A DNA stretch of 64,000 bases from Candidatus Eiseniibacteriota bacterium (GCA_965224245.1 OZ245046.1:1856001-1920000), one strand, 5' to 3'; numbered from the stretch's first letter, positions 1 to 9,417 are shown. Notes: generated from the sequence alone by a model not told the origin. Program-made: numbers and translations.

Positions 1-7
1 GCAACGT

Positions 8-39
8 GAGCGCCCGTGCCGATGGCCGGGCGCTCTTTC
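8..39. terminator. possible intrinsic terminator hairpin downstream of lpxK
   Basis: GAGCGCCCG (8-16) pairs with CGGGCGCTC (27-35), followed by TTTC on the + strand; short U-tract. Confidence 0.35.
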
Positions 40-41
40 GT

Positions 42-69
42 GCCGCTCCGTGCGCCGCTCCGTGCGCCG
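42..69. repeat. 12-bp tandem duplication
   Basis: GCCGCTCCGTGC x2 plus partial GCCG. Confidence 0.8.
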
Positions 70-87
70 TCGCGCACGCGCACGACG

Positions 88-1164
88 CTAGAGCGGCGTC
101 GTGAGGAGCCGCTCCACGGGGTCCAGCGGCTCCACCGCCAGCTCCAGCACCGCCAGCCGATCCTCGTCGAGGAGCGCCCGCGTCGTGGGCTCGGCCAGAA
201 AGCGCACCTCGTCCTTCTCGGTCGTCAGGACCGCGTCGGCCTCGTGCCGGGCCGCGAGAACCGCGAGCGCCCGCACGCGGTCCGCATCGATGCGTGCGTG
301 GTCCCCGAGCCGCCGCTCGGCGCAGATGTGAATCCCCAGCGAGTCGACGCTCTCGCGGACGCTGTCCGGATTGCCGACCCCGGTCACGAGCACGACCCGC
401 CGCGGTGCACCGGCGCCCGGGTCGAGATCGCCGTCGTCGAGTGCACCCGCACGCCGAACCCGGCGGACCACGAAACGCCAGCGGCCGCTGGAGCGTGTTC
501 CGACGATCCGGGCGAGCGTCTCGTCGCCCGGCTCCTCCGCGCCCCCGGGACCTTCGGTGTATCGGGTCCAGGCGATCGCCGTGGCGCGAGCGAGCGCGGT
601 CACGGGCTCCCGCAGATCTCCGGACGGCAGCAGCCCTCCCCGCCCCAGCGGACGACGCCAGTCGAGGCACACGATGTCGTCTTCCCGCGCGACACGGCGG
701 TGCTGAAAGCCGTCGTCCAGGAGGAAGAGAGTCGCGCCGCGGCCGAGCGCCTCGCGGGCCGCGCGCACGCGATCGGGATGGGCGTACACCGCCACCTCGG
801 GTAGCGCGCGCGCGTGCAGGAGGGCCTCGTCGCCGAACGTGGCGAGCGTGCCCCGCGGCGGACGATCACGCCACGCAGGGACCGGCGCGAGGCTGCCCCG
901 GGCGCGATAGCCGCGCATCAGAATGGCCGGTCGATGACCGGCCGCGAGCGCGTGCCGCGCGAGAGCCTGGGTGATCGGCGTCTTGCCGGTGCCACCGGTC
1001 GTCAGGTTGCCGATCGACACCACGGGACACCCGAGCGCGTGGACGGCCCGCCGACCCGAGTCGTACGCGGCGTTGCGTGCACGGACGGCCAGGCCGTACA
1101 GCGGCGCGAGCGGGGCGAGAAGCGCTCGGATCGGCACGACGTCCCCTTCGCGTGACGGCGTCAC
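88..1164 (-). CDS. lpxK: tetraacyldisaccharide 4'-kinase
   Basis: VVSIGNLTTGGTGKTP P-loop, RGY, GDEA, LDDGFQH, LLPSGDLRE, TTEKD motifs; lpx operon context. Confidence 0.95.
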   Translation of the reverse strand: MTPSREGDVVPIRALLAPLAPLYGLAVRARNAAYDSGRRAVHALGCPVVSIGNLTTGGTGKTPITQALARHALAAGHRPAILMRGYRARGSLAPVPAWRDRPPRGTLATFGDEALLHARALPEVAVYAHPDRVRAAREALGRGATLFLLDDGFQHRRVAREDDIVCLDWRRPLGRGGLLPSGDLREPVTALARATAIAWTRYTEGPGGAEEPGDETLARIVGTRSSGRWRFVVRRVRRAGALDDGDLDPGAGAPRRVVLVTGVGNPDSVRESVDSLGIHICAERRLGDHARIDADRVRALAVLAARHEADAVLTTEKDEVRFLAEPTTRALLDEDRLAVLELAVEPLDPVERLLTTPL

Positions 1165-2465
1165 GGCGTTCGCGTGGTGACGGCGTCGAAGAATCCCCGG
1201 CTCTCGAGCGCCGCTATCACGCGGCCGCTGGCGCCCCGGCCGGCGTCGGCGGCCTCGCGCGCGCCGCGGCCGAGCCGCTGGCGGGACTCCGGTGCCGAGA
1301 GCAGCGTCCAGACCGCATCACACAGCTCCCCTGGACCATGTACCCGGACGCCGCCGTCGTGCTCGAGGAGCCGCTCGGCGTCGTCGGTCCAGGACGACGT
1401 GTCGGGCCCGAACACCACCGGCACGCCGAACGCGGCGGGCTCCATCAGGTTGTGCCCACCGTAGGCGGCGAACGTCCCTCCCACGATCGCGACGTCCGCC
1501 GCCTCGTAGAAGTCGCGGAGCTCTCCGAGCGTGTCGACGAGGAGGACGCTGACGTCGGTGGGCACCGCGTCGCCCATCCCCGAGCGACGCACGATCGCGA
1601 TTCCCGCGCGGGTGAGCGCGGTCGCGACGCGATCGAACTCCTCGGGATGTCGCGGCGCGATGACCCAGAGCGCGTCGGAGCGCGGGCAGAGCGATCCGAT
1701 CAGCTCGATTGCGATCGCCTCCTCGCCGGGACGCAGGCAGCCCCAGACCACGACGTGTCGAGAGCCGAGGAGCGCCGTCATGTCGGTCCGCGCGTCCGAC
1801 CCGTCCGATGGGCCGGTCGAGAGCACGTCCAGCTTCGTGTTGCCCGCGACCACCGTGCGCTCGGGATCGGCGCCGAGGTCCAGGAAACGTTCGCGGTCCT
1901 CGTCCGAGCGCGTCGCGATCAGATCGATCGTCCGGAGGACACGACGAAAGAGCCCCCGCGCGCGACGGTAGCCGCGGTGGCTCCGGCCCGTCATGCGCGC
2001 CGAGGCCAGGCACACGGGAACACCGCGACGCTCGAGGGACATGAGCAGCTTCGGCCAGATCTCGGTCTCGACGACGATTAGCGCCGCCGGACGAACCGCA
2101 TCGATGAAGCGTCCCGGCGCCGGCCAGGCATCGATCGGCAGGAGACGCCGGAAGAGCGCGTCGGGAAAGAGTGCGTCCGCACGTGCCCGGCCGGTGACCG
2201 TGGTGCTCGTGATTCCCCAGGCCATCCCGGGCCGCTGACGTTCCAGAACCGACACGAGGGGCTTCAGCGTGCCCATCTCGCCCACCGAGGCGCCGTGAAG
2301 CCACAGCGGCCGGACGCCCTCGGGCAGCGTCGGCCCGCGCCCCAGCCGCTCGCGGAAGTCGGTGTCGGACACGACGCGTCCCACGGTCGCGGCGGCCGCT
2401 CCCACGGCGCCGCCGGCCAGCGTGTAGGCGGTGGCCCAGAGGGCGCCGCGTCGATCACGAGGCAC
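1161..2465 (-). CDS. waaA: 3-deoxy-D-manno-octulosonic acid (Kdo) transferase
   Basis: WLHGASVGE, ETEIWP, APRHPE, DTLGEL, GGHNLMEPA motifs. Confidence 0.95.
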   Translation of the reverse strand: MPRDRRGALWATAYTLAGGAVGAAAATVGRVVSDTDFRERLGRGPTLPEGVRPLWLHGASVGEMGTLKPLVSVLERQRPGMAWGITSTTVTGRARADALFPDALFRRLLPIDAWPAPGRFIDAVRPAALIVVETEIWPKLLMSLERRGVPVCLASARMTGRSHRGYRRARGLFRRVLRTIDLIATRSDEDRERFLDLGADPERTVVAGNTKLDVLSTGPSDGSDARTDMTALLGSRHVVVWGCLRPGEEAIAIELIGSLCPRSDALWVIAPRHPEEFDRVATALTRAGIAIVRRSGMGDAVPTDVSVLLVDTLGELRDFYEAADVAIVGGTFAAYGGHNLMEPAAFGVPVVFGPDTSSWTDDAERLLEHDGGVRVHGPGELCDAVWTLLSAPESRQRLGRGAREAADAGRGASGRVIAALESRGFFDAVTTRTP

Positions 2466-3162
2466 CGGCCATCTCCTCGAAGGGTTCGCCCCGGGCCAGG
2501 CGCTCGGCGCGCTCGGTCGTGCGCATCAGCGTCTCGCGAATGCGCGAGCGCCAGCGGGCTTCCTCGCGCGTCGCCTCGCGCGGGACCCACAGTAGCTCGT
2601 CCATGACGACGGCCCCCCGCGCGAACGGCCTCGGAATCTCGAAGCGATCCCACGACGGGAGGCGCCAGAGCGCGCTGGCCGACGCGGCCAGCGGGATGAT
2701 CGGGAGGCCGGACAGCGCGGCCAGCACCGTGACCCCGTCCTGTACCTGGTGGCGCGGCCCACGCGGGCCATCGGGCGTGATGCCGACCGAGCGACCCTCG
2801 CGAGCCGCCCGCAGGAGCGCCTTCATCGCCGCGCTCCCGCCCCGCGACGTGGATCCCCGCGCGGTGTCGAACCCCATCCCGTCGAGGACGCGCGTGATCA
2901 GCTCGCCGTCGTCGTTCCGACTCACGAGAACGACGATGCCCCGGTTCCGATGCGTGTAGGTGAGCGACAGGAGGTGACCATGCCAGTGCGCGTACAGCGC
3001 GTTTCGTCCGGCGTCCAGGTGACGCGCGGTCGTGTCGTGCACGTCCCAGCTCCAGCGGACCGAGCCGCACAGTCCACGGACGAGCCAGGGGCCGAGGTTC
3101 GAGGCCAGCACGAACTGGATGCGTCTGGAGAGCGAGGGGGCGCGAGGCTCCGTGTCGGTCAT
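2455..3162 (-). CDS. DUF374 lysophospholipid acyltransferase-family protein (LpxJ-like)
   Basis: WHG, SRNDDGE, RGSTSRGG, ITPDGPRGP, SWDRFEIPRPF motifs; between lpxB and waaA. Confidence 0.8.
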   Translation of the reverse strand: MTDTEPRAPSLSRRIQFVLASNLGPWLVRGLCGSVRWSWDVHDTTARHLDAGRNALYAHWHGHLLSLTYTHRNRGIVVLVSRNDDGELITRVLDGMGFDTARGSTSRGGSAAMKALLRAAREGRSVGITPDGPRGPRHQVQDGVTVLAALSGLPIIPLAASASALWRLPSWDRFEIPRPFARGAVVMDELLWVPREATREEARWRSRIRETLMRTTERAERLARGEPFEEMAGAS

Positions 3163-4295
3163 ACCGGCGTCCTCCGCAGCGAAAGCGCCGTCTCCGCGAT
3201 CGCATCGAGCCCGACGCCGCCTCCGAGGGCGGCTCGCACGCGGGCATAGCCCTCGCGCATTCTATCCCCCACGCGGGGCTCGTCCAAGAGCCGCCGAACC
3301 TCGGCGGTGAGACGCTCGGGGCTCGCGTCGTCCTGCAGCAGCTCGGGCACGAGCCGTTCCTCGGCCACGAGGTTCACCATCGCCGCGTACGGCGTCTTCA
3401 CCAGCCGGCGAGCGACGAACCAGGTGGCCCGGCTCAGGCGATACATGACGACCATCGGCGTGCCCGCGATCGCGACCTCGACGGTGGCGGTTCCCGAGGC
3501 CACGATCGCCGCGTCGGCGGCCGAGGCCAGATCGATCGCCGGTGGCTCGACGACCTCCAGCCCGGGAGCGAGCGCGATCACCTCCTCCCGATCGAGCGTG
3601 GCGGCCCGGGCCACCGCGCAGCGCACGGGTGGATCGAGCGTCCCCAGCCGGCGTGCGGTCTCGGTCATGATCGGCAGGTGGCGCTCGATCTCCGAGTGCC
3701 GGCTCCCGGGCAACAGCGCCACGAGTCGCTCGTCGCTCCCCAGCCCCAGCGCGGCGCGGACGGCCGCCCGGTCCCGCGTGGGCGACAGCTCGGTCACCAG
3801 CGGATGGCCGGCGTACGTGACCGGAACGCCCGCCGCCTCGAAGAACGGCACCTCGAACGGGAACAGCACCGCCACGTGGGCACACCACCTCGCCATCTCG
3901 CGCACACGACCGCGCCGCCACGCCCACACCTGGGGCGCAATGAAGTAGAACACCGGAACGCCGGCCGCGTGCGCCGTGCGCGCCAGCCGGAAGTTGAAGT
4001 CGGGATAGTCGATCGGAACGAAGAGGTCGATCTCGCCGCTCTTCAGGTGGGCGCCCAGCGCGCCGAGGATCCGGAGGATACGCGGCAGACGCCGGGCCAC
4101 CTCGGTGATGCCCACCACCGAGAGCGACTCGATCCCGGTCAGGATCTCGACGCCGGCCTCGTGCATGCGCTGGCCGCCGACGCCGACCAGCCGAACGTCC
4201 GGATCGCACCGTCTGAAGGCCTCGGCCAGACGTGCCCCGTGAAGGTCGCCCGAGGCCTCGCCGGCGACGAGCAGGACGGTGGGGCCGGCGCTCAC
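3159..4295 (-). CDS. lpxB: lipid-A-disaccharide synthase
   Basis: AGEASGDLHG, IDYPDFN, PQVWAWR, LLPGSR, SGTATVE; GTG start overlapping upstream TGA (the 659-aa ORF is over-extended). Confidence 0.95.
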   Translation of the reverse strand: MSAGPTVLLVAGEASGDLHGARLAEAFRRCDPDVRLVGVGGQRMHEAGVEILTGIESLSVVGITEVARRLPRILRILGALGAHLKSGEIDLFVPIDYPDFNFRLARTAHAAGVPVFYFIAPQVWAWRRGRVREMARWCAHVAVLFPFEVPFFEAAGVPVTYAGHPLVTELSPTRDRAAVRAALGLGSDERLVALLPGSRHSEIERHLPIMTETARRLGTLDPPVRCAVARAATLDREEVIALAPGLEVVEPPAIDLASAADAAIVASGTATVEVAIAGTPMVVMYRLSRATWFVARRLVKTPYAAMVNLVAEERLVPELLQDDASPERLTAEVRRLLDEPRVGDRMREGYARVRAALGGGVGLDAIAETALSLRRTPV

Positions 4296-5287
4296 GCCGG
4301 GTGGCCCTGCACCTTTGCCAGCTGCCGGGCGACCGACGCTCGAACCTCGAGCGCCAGCGCCAGCGCGGAGGTCGCGGCAACTCCATCCACCGCCGGAGCC
4401 TCGTCGCCCCCGATCGCCCGCACGAAGTTGGACAGCTCGTCGGCCAGGGGGTTCGCGTCGGGATGGGGCCCGATGCGACGGTGGGAGATCATCGACGCGG
4501 CCGGGGGAAACTCGCCCCGGGCGAGCCACTCCGCGGGATCGGCGGCCAGCCGCATGACCTCGCCCCTCCGGCGGAAGAGATCGATGGCCACGTACGCGCG
4601 GTCGGCGGTGAAGAAGCGCACGCGGCGCATGCGCTCCATCGAGACCCGGCTCGCCGTGAGGTTGCAGACCAGTCCGCCCGAGAACTCCACGCGGGCGTTC
4701 GCGATGTCCTCGCGCGCGGTGATGACCGGAACCCCGGCCGCGTGCACCTCCTCGGCCACGACCCCTTCGCCGGCGACGGCCAGCGTGAGGTCGATGTCGT
4801 GAATCATCAGATCGAGAATCACGTCCACGTCGATCGCGCGGGGCACGAACGGCGACAGCCGGTGCGCCTCGACGAACAGCGGCCGCCGAACCTCGTCGGC
4901 GAGCTGTCGGAACGCCGGGTTGAAGCGCTCGACGTGGCCGACGGCCAGCACGCGATCGGCCTCCCGGGCGCGCGCCGAGAGCGCGCGGGCGGTCTCGGCC
5001 GTCGCGGTGATGGGCTTCTCCACGAAGACGTGGAGATCGCGCTCGAGGGCCGCGGTCGCGATCTCGTGGTGGAGCGTCGTGGGCACCGCGATCACCAGCG
5101 CGTCCGACCGGTCGGCCAGGACATCCAGCGACGCGCACGCCGTCGTGTCGAACTCCGAGGCGGCACGCTCGGCACGGACCGGATCCACGTCGAGAACGCC
5201 CGAGAGGGAGAGTCCCTGCATGGCGGCCAGGTTGCGGGCATGGAGCCAGCCCATGTGGCCCACCCCGACGACGCCGATGCGCGTCAT
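4292..5287 (-). CDS. Gfo/Idh/MocA oxidoreductase, probable UDP-GlcNAc 3-dehydrogenase (GnnA-like)
   Basis: GVGHMG Rossmann fold, VEKP, GHVERFNP, DLMIHDID; position between lpxA and lpxB. Confidence 0.8.
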   Translation of the reverse strand: MTRIGVVGVGHMGWLHARNLAAMQGLSLSGVLDVDPVRAERAASEFDTTACASLDVLADRSDALVIAVPTTLHHEIATAALERDLHVFVEKPITATAETARALSARAREADRVLAVGHVERFNPAFRQLADEVRRPLFVEAHRLSPFVPRAIDVDVILDLMIHDIDLTLAVAGEGVVAEEVHAAGVPVITAREDIANARVEFSGGLVCNLTASRVSMERMRRVRFFTADRAYVAIDLFRRRGEVMRLAADPAEWLARGEFPPAASMISHRRIGPHPDANPLADELSNFVRAIGGDEAPAVDGVAATSALALALEVRASVARQLAKVQGHPA

Positions 5288-6057
5288 CGGATGATGCCCC
5301 GGCCCGGCTCGCGGACGAAGTCGAGGAACTGTCGCACCTCGGACACGTCGGGGGCCTCGGCCGCGATGCGCTCGCAGGCCTCGGACGCGGTCAGCTTCTG
5401 GCGGAAGTAGATCCGGTAGGCGTCCTTCAGGGCCGACACCGCGGCCGGCTCGAACCCGCGCCGCGAGAGCCCGATGCTGTTCAGGCCGTACGTCTTCGGG
5501 GGGTTTCCGGCGACCTTCGTGAACGGCGCCACGTCCTGCGGGATGCGCGACCCGCCGCCCACGATGGCGTGGCGACCGATCCGCACGAACTGGTGCACCG
5601 GCGTCACCCCCCCGATGACCACCCAGTCCTCCACGCGAACGAAGCCCGCGAGGTTCACCGCGTTGGCCAGGATCGTCCGGTTGCCGATGTGGCAGTTGTG
5701 CGCGACGTGCACGTACGCCATCAGCAGGTTCTGGTTCCCGATCGAGGTGCGCCCGCCCTTCTCGCTGCCGGGCTGCATCGTGACGTACTCGCGAATGATG
5801 TTGTCGTCGCCGATGTCGAGGTAGCTCTCGGCCCCGGTATACGAGTAGTCCTGGGGCGCCGAGCCGATCGCCGCGCCGTGAAAGACCTGATTGCGCTCGC
5901 CGAGCGTGGTGTGCCCCTCCACGAGCACGTGGCCGGCCAGGCGGGTCCCGCTTCCGATCCGGACACCGGCGCCGACGATCGAGTACGGGCCGACCACGAC
6001 GTCGTCGGCCAGCTCCGCCTCGGGGTGGATGATCGCGGTCGGGTGGATGTTCGACAC
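5284..6057 (-). CDS. lpxA: acyl-ACP--UDP-N-acetylglucosamine O-acyltransferase
   Basis: IHPTAII start, hexapeptide repeats, HVAHNC, VHQF, GLNSIGLSRRGF. Confidence 0.96.
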   Translation of the reverse strand: MSNIHPTAIIHPEAELADDVVVGPYSIVGAGVRIGSGTRLAGHVLVEGHTTLGERNQVFHGAAIGSAPQDYSYTGAESYLDIGDDNIIREYVTMQPGSEKGGRTSIGNQNLLMAYVHVAHNCHIGNRTILANAVNLAGFVRVEDWVVIGGVTPVHQFVRIGRHAIVGGGSRIPQDVAPFTKVAGNPPKTYGLNSIGLSRRGFEPAAVSALKDAYRIYFRQKLTASEACERIAAEAPDVSEVRQFLDFVREPGRGIIR

Positions 6058-6099
6058 GGTGTTCGTCTCTCCTTCAGATCGTCGGCCGCCGAGATCGGT

Positions 6100-7461
6100 C
6101 TAGGGCTCGACCACGGTGGACATGAGCTCGGCCTCGCAGACGAGCTGATCGCCGACGTATGCCTTCCCCGACATCTTGCACAGCTTGCTCGTCATGCGCT
6201 TGGGCTCGAGCACGAACCGCACCTGATCGCCGGGGACGACCGCCTGGCGGAACCGCGCCTTGTCGATCCCGAGGAAGTACACGAGCTTGCCACCGGGGTC
6301 GGTGACGGTGTTCAGCAGCATGACGCCGCCCACCTGCGCCATCGCCTCGAGCAGGAGGACGCCGGGCATGATGGGCTGACCGGGGAAATGCCCCTGGAAG
6401 AACGGCTCGTTGATCGTGACGTTCTTGATGCCCACCACGCGCTCGTCGGTCATCTCGAGGATGCGATCGACGAGCAGGAACGGGTAGCGATGCGGCATGA
6501 TGCGCGCGATGTCCGGCAGATCGAACACGTAGCCGTGGACCGCCGGATCGCGCGGCTCGGGCTTGTTCGACGCCGTCAGCGGCTCGCGCACCCAGGAGTT
6601 CGGGCGCGTACCGGTGTCCGCGGACCGCGCGAGCGCCTTGACGAACGCCACGTGTGACTCGTGTCCGCCCCGCAGCGCCACAACGTGCGCCTTCAGAGGA
6701 CGACCGAGGAGTGCCAGATCGCCGCACAGATCGAGCAGCTTGTGGCGCACGAACTCGTCGGGAAAGCGGAGCGGCTCGTCGTTCAGGAGCTCTCCGTCCT
6801 TGACCACGATGGCGTTCTCCAGCGATCCCCCCTTGATGAACCCGGCGGCCCGGAGCGCCTCGACGTCGCGATGCAGCGCGAACGTCCGTGCGGGGGCGAT
6901 CTCCTGCATGAAGGTCTCGGGCGTGATCGCCATGCTCGAGTGTTGTGAACCGATCAGGGGATCGTCGTAGTCGATCGTGTACGAGAAGCGGAGCTCCGCC
7001 GACGGCACGGCGGTGATCTCGATCGGGCCGTTGCGAAACGTCACGGGGCTCGCGAGCTCGAGCGGTCGCCGGAGCTTCTCGCCGTCCCGGGTGCCCGCCT
7101 CGCGCACGACGCGCGCGATCTCGACCACACCGCCGTTGGCCGGCTCGGGGGCCTCGAGTCCGTCGATCCCGATGAGCGCGTTGTCTATCCCGAGGCCGTA
7201 CAGCGTGGCCAGGACGTGCTCGGTCGTGTGGACCTCGGCGTCCCCCGCGGACAGGATCGTGCGCCTCGCGTTCTGGTGATCGTACCGCGCCGTCGCGGGC
7301 GACACCGGGATGCGCGGGTTGCCGGGCATGTCGCGTCGCTCGAAGACGAGGCCGTGATCGTCGGGAGCGGGCTCGATCGTCACGGTGACCTGCCCGCCGG
7401 TGTGAATGCCGACGCCGGTGAACGAGCACGACGCCGCGAGAGTTCGCTGCTTCTCACCCAT
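6100..7461 (-). CDS. lpxC-fabZ: bifunctional LpxC deacetylase / FabZ 3-hydroxyacyl-ACP dehydratase
   Basis: Lpx[30 protein letters not shown]; Fab[31 protein letters not shown], in one frame. Confidence 0.96.
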   Translation of the reverse strand: MGEKQRTLAASCSFTGVGIHTGGQVTVTIEPAPDDHGLVFERRDMPGNPRIPVSPATARYDHQNARRTILSAGDAEVHTTEHVLATLYGLGIDNALIGIDGLEAPEPANGGVVEIARVVREAGTRDGEKLRRPLELASPVTFRNGPIEITAVPSAELRFSYTIDYDDPLIGSQHSSMAITPETFMQEIAPARTFALHRDVEALRAAGFIKGGSLENAIVVKDGELLNDEPLRFPDEFVRHKLLDLCGDLALLGRPLKAHVVALRGGHESHVAFVKALARSADTGTRPNSWVREPLTASNKPEPRDPAVHGYVFDLPDIARIMPHRYPFLLVDRILEMTDERVVGIKNVTINEPFFQGHFPGQPIMPGVLLLEAMAQVGGVMLLNTVTDPGGKLVYFLGIDKARFRQAVVPGDQVRFVLEPKRMTSKLCKMSGKAYVGDQLVCEAELMSTVVEP

Positions 7462-7464
7462 GTT

Positions 7465-8496
7465 TCAGCGTCCGGACTCCGTTTCTCTCTCGCTCAGCCG
7501 TCGCTCGAGCGCATCGATGCGCTGGAGCAGCTCCGGGATGCGGCGCGTGGCCGCGATCAGTCGCATCTGCTCCCCGTGGGGCCTGGCCGGATAGCCGCTG
7601 GCCCGCTGCCCCGCCGGAATGTCGCCGATGACGCCGGCCTGGGCCGCGATCTGCGCGCCCTCACCGATCTCGAGATGACCGCTGATCCCGGCCTGACCGG
7701 CGAGGATCGCGTTGCGTCCGACGATCGAGCTCCCGGCGATGCCGACCTGCGCGCACAGGATCGCGTGCTCACCGATCGTCACGTTGTGCGCGACCTGGAC
7801 CAGGTTGTCGATCCGGGCCCCGGTGCGGATGCGCGTCTCACCCATGGTCGCCCGGTCCACGCACGCGTTGGAGCCGATCTCCACGTCGTCCTCGATCACG
7901 ACGCGTCCGATCTGCGGCACCTTGCGGTTCTCGGCGCCGTCCTTGGTCAGGCCGAAGCCGTCGTCGCCGATCACCGCGCCGGCGTGAATGAGACAGCGGG
8001 CCCCGATGGACGTGCGCTCGCGGATGGTGACGTTGGGGAACACCCGCGTGTCGTCGCCGATCGTGACCTCGTGTCCGATGTAGCTTCCGGCCTGAACTGC
8101 CACGCCGTCGCCGATCGTGCACCCGGGCTCGATCACGACGTGCGGTCCCAGGCTCACGTTCCGACCCAGCGTCACGTCGGGCGCGATGATCGCCGTCGCG
8201 TGGATGCCGGGCGCCGGGGCGTACGGCTCCCCGAACAGGATCGTCATCGCCTTCTGGAACGCCAGGTACGGATTGTCGTTGCGGATGACGGCGGATGCGA
8301 CGTCGGCATCGCAGCCCGGGTCGAGAATCACCGCCGACGCCTTGGTTTCCGGCAAGAATCCCTGGTACCGTGCGTGCCCGAGGAACGTGATGTCACCCTC
8401 GCGCGCCTCGCGGATTCCCGCGACGCCCGAGATCTCGATGGCACCGTCACCCTCGAGCTCGCCGCCGACTCGCTCAGCCAGTTCGATCAATCGCAT
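7465..8496 (-). CDS. lpxD: UDP-3-O-(3-hydroxyacyl)glucosamine N-acyltransferase
   Basis: MRLIELAERVGG start, NPYLAF, GDDGFG, DNLVQVAHNV, AQVGIAGS. Confidence 0.96.
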   Translation of the reverse strand: MRLIELAERVGGELEGDGAIEISGVAGIREAREGDITFLGHARYQGFLPETKASAVILDPGCDADVASAVIRNDNPYLAFQKAMTILFGEPYAPAPGIHATAIIAPDVTLGRNVSLGPHVVIEPGCTIGDGVAVQAGSYIGHEVTIGDDTRVFPNVTIRERTSIGARCLIHAGAVIGDDGFGLTKDGAENRKVPQIGRVVIEDDVEIGSNACVDRATMGETRIRTGARIDNLVQVAHNVTIGEHAILCAQVGIAGSSIVGRNAILAGQAGISGHLEIGEGAQIAAQAGVIGDIPAGQRASGYPARPHGEQMRLIAATRRIPELLQRIDALERRLSERETESGR

Positions 8497-8589
8497 CGCG
8501 CCAAGTCTCCCGACACACGCTCCCACCCCCAGGAGCGACGTGCGGTGGGGCAGGCCGACTGCGTTAACGAGCGTCCTCACGGACGCGGT

Positions 8590-9204
8590 TCAATCGTCCG
8601 ATTCCGTGTCCTCACCCGTGTCGGCCGGCTCCCCGGGAAGATCGGGATCGATCGTCTGTCCGCGAAGCTGGTCGAGTACGGTCTCGGTCAAGTCGAGCCG
8701 GTTCGAGCTGAAGACGATGTTGCCGTCCACCGCGTCGAACACCAGGTCGAACGCCTGCTCCTGCGCGATCTCGTCGATCGCGTTCTGCACGGTGGCGAGA
8801 ACGGGCTCGAGAAGCTCCTGGTTGCGCTTCTCGGCCTTGCCACCCTGCCCGAAGATCGAGTCCTTGAACTGCTCGTACTCGCGTGCCTTGCGCTGGAGCT
8901 CGCTCTCGCGCTCGAGACGCCGGTCGTCGGAGAGCATCGGCTGCTGGGCACGGTACTGCGCCTCGAGGTCGACGAGCTCCTGCTCGCGCGTCTGGATGTC
9001 GCGGAGCCAGACGTCCAGCTCGCGCTGGTAGGCCTGCTTGGCCTGGATGAAGCCCTCGTACTCGGCGAAGAGTCGCTCGGAGTTCACGTAGCCGATCTTG
9101 GCGTCCTGAGCGCGGCCGACCGACGCTCCTCCGACGACGAGCACCAGCGCGAGCGCGATGGACCAGAGACGGGCAACCGGCAGGGACAGATCAGATTTCG
9201 TCAT
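8590..9204 (-). CDS. skp: OmpH/Skp periplasmic chaperone
   Basis: signal peptide, KIGYVN, coiled coil, FDLVFD...LDLTETVL; precedes lpxD. Confidence 0.9.
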   Translation of the reverse strand: MTKSDLSLPVARLWSIALALVLVVGGASVGRAQDAKIGYVNSERLFAEYEGFIQAKQAYQRELDVWLRDIQTREQELVDLEAQYRAQQPMLSDDRRLERESELQRKAREYEQFKDSIFGQGGKAEKRNQELLEPVLATVQNAIDEIAQEQAFDLVFDAVDGNIVFSSNRLDLTETVLDQLRGQTIDPDLPGEPADTGEDTESDD

Positions 9205-9270
9205 CGCTAAACCTCGCGGCCCGGCGCGTCGTCGAGAACGACCGGAGATGGTCCGGAACAAATCCGGCGG

Positions 9271-9300
9271 AGCCTATCAGAAACCCCCCGGGGGGTCCAA
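9271..9300 (-). promoter_or_regulatory. candidate sigma70-type promoter for skp-lpx
   Basis: minus strand TTGGAC-N18-TAGGCT with TG extended -10; contains palindrome ACCCCCCGGGGGGT (9283-9296). Confidence 0.45.
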
Positions 9301-9387
9301 ACCGTTCTGGGGTTCGGAGTTGGAGCTCAGACCGCCGGGGAACATCGTGGAATGTGTTGCGGCACAGAGCGTTGCCGCAGCCCCCGG

Positions 9388-9417
9388 TGGAACGTCCTCC
9401 GCCCCTGCACGGTTCCA
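9388..9417. promoter_or_regulatory. candidate overlapping divergent ECF-type promoters
   Basis: minus: GGAAC(9416-9412)-N17-CGTT(9394-9391); plus: GGAAC(9389-9393)-N17-GGTT(9411-9414). Confidence 0.5.

Noticed and set aside
3159..5138. Apparent fusions or long N-terminal extensions in the ORF track (lpxB 659 aa, purL 1311 aa, guaA 893 aa, lolD 695 aa, kinase 1380 aa, purH 724 aa)
   Set aside because: The extensions overlap the upstream gene in another frame; real starts coincide with stop/start overlaps or an RBS
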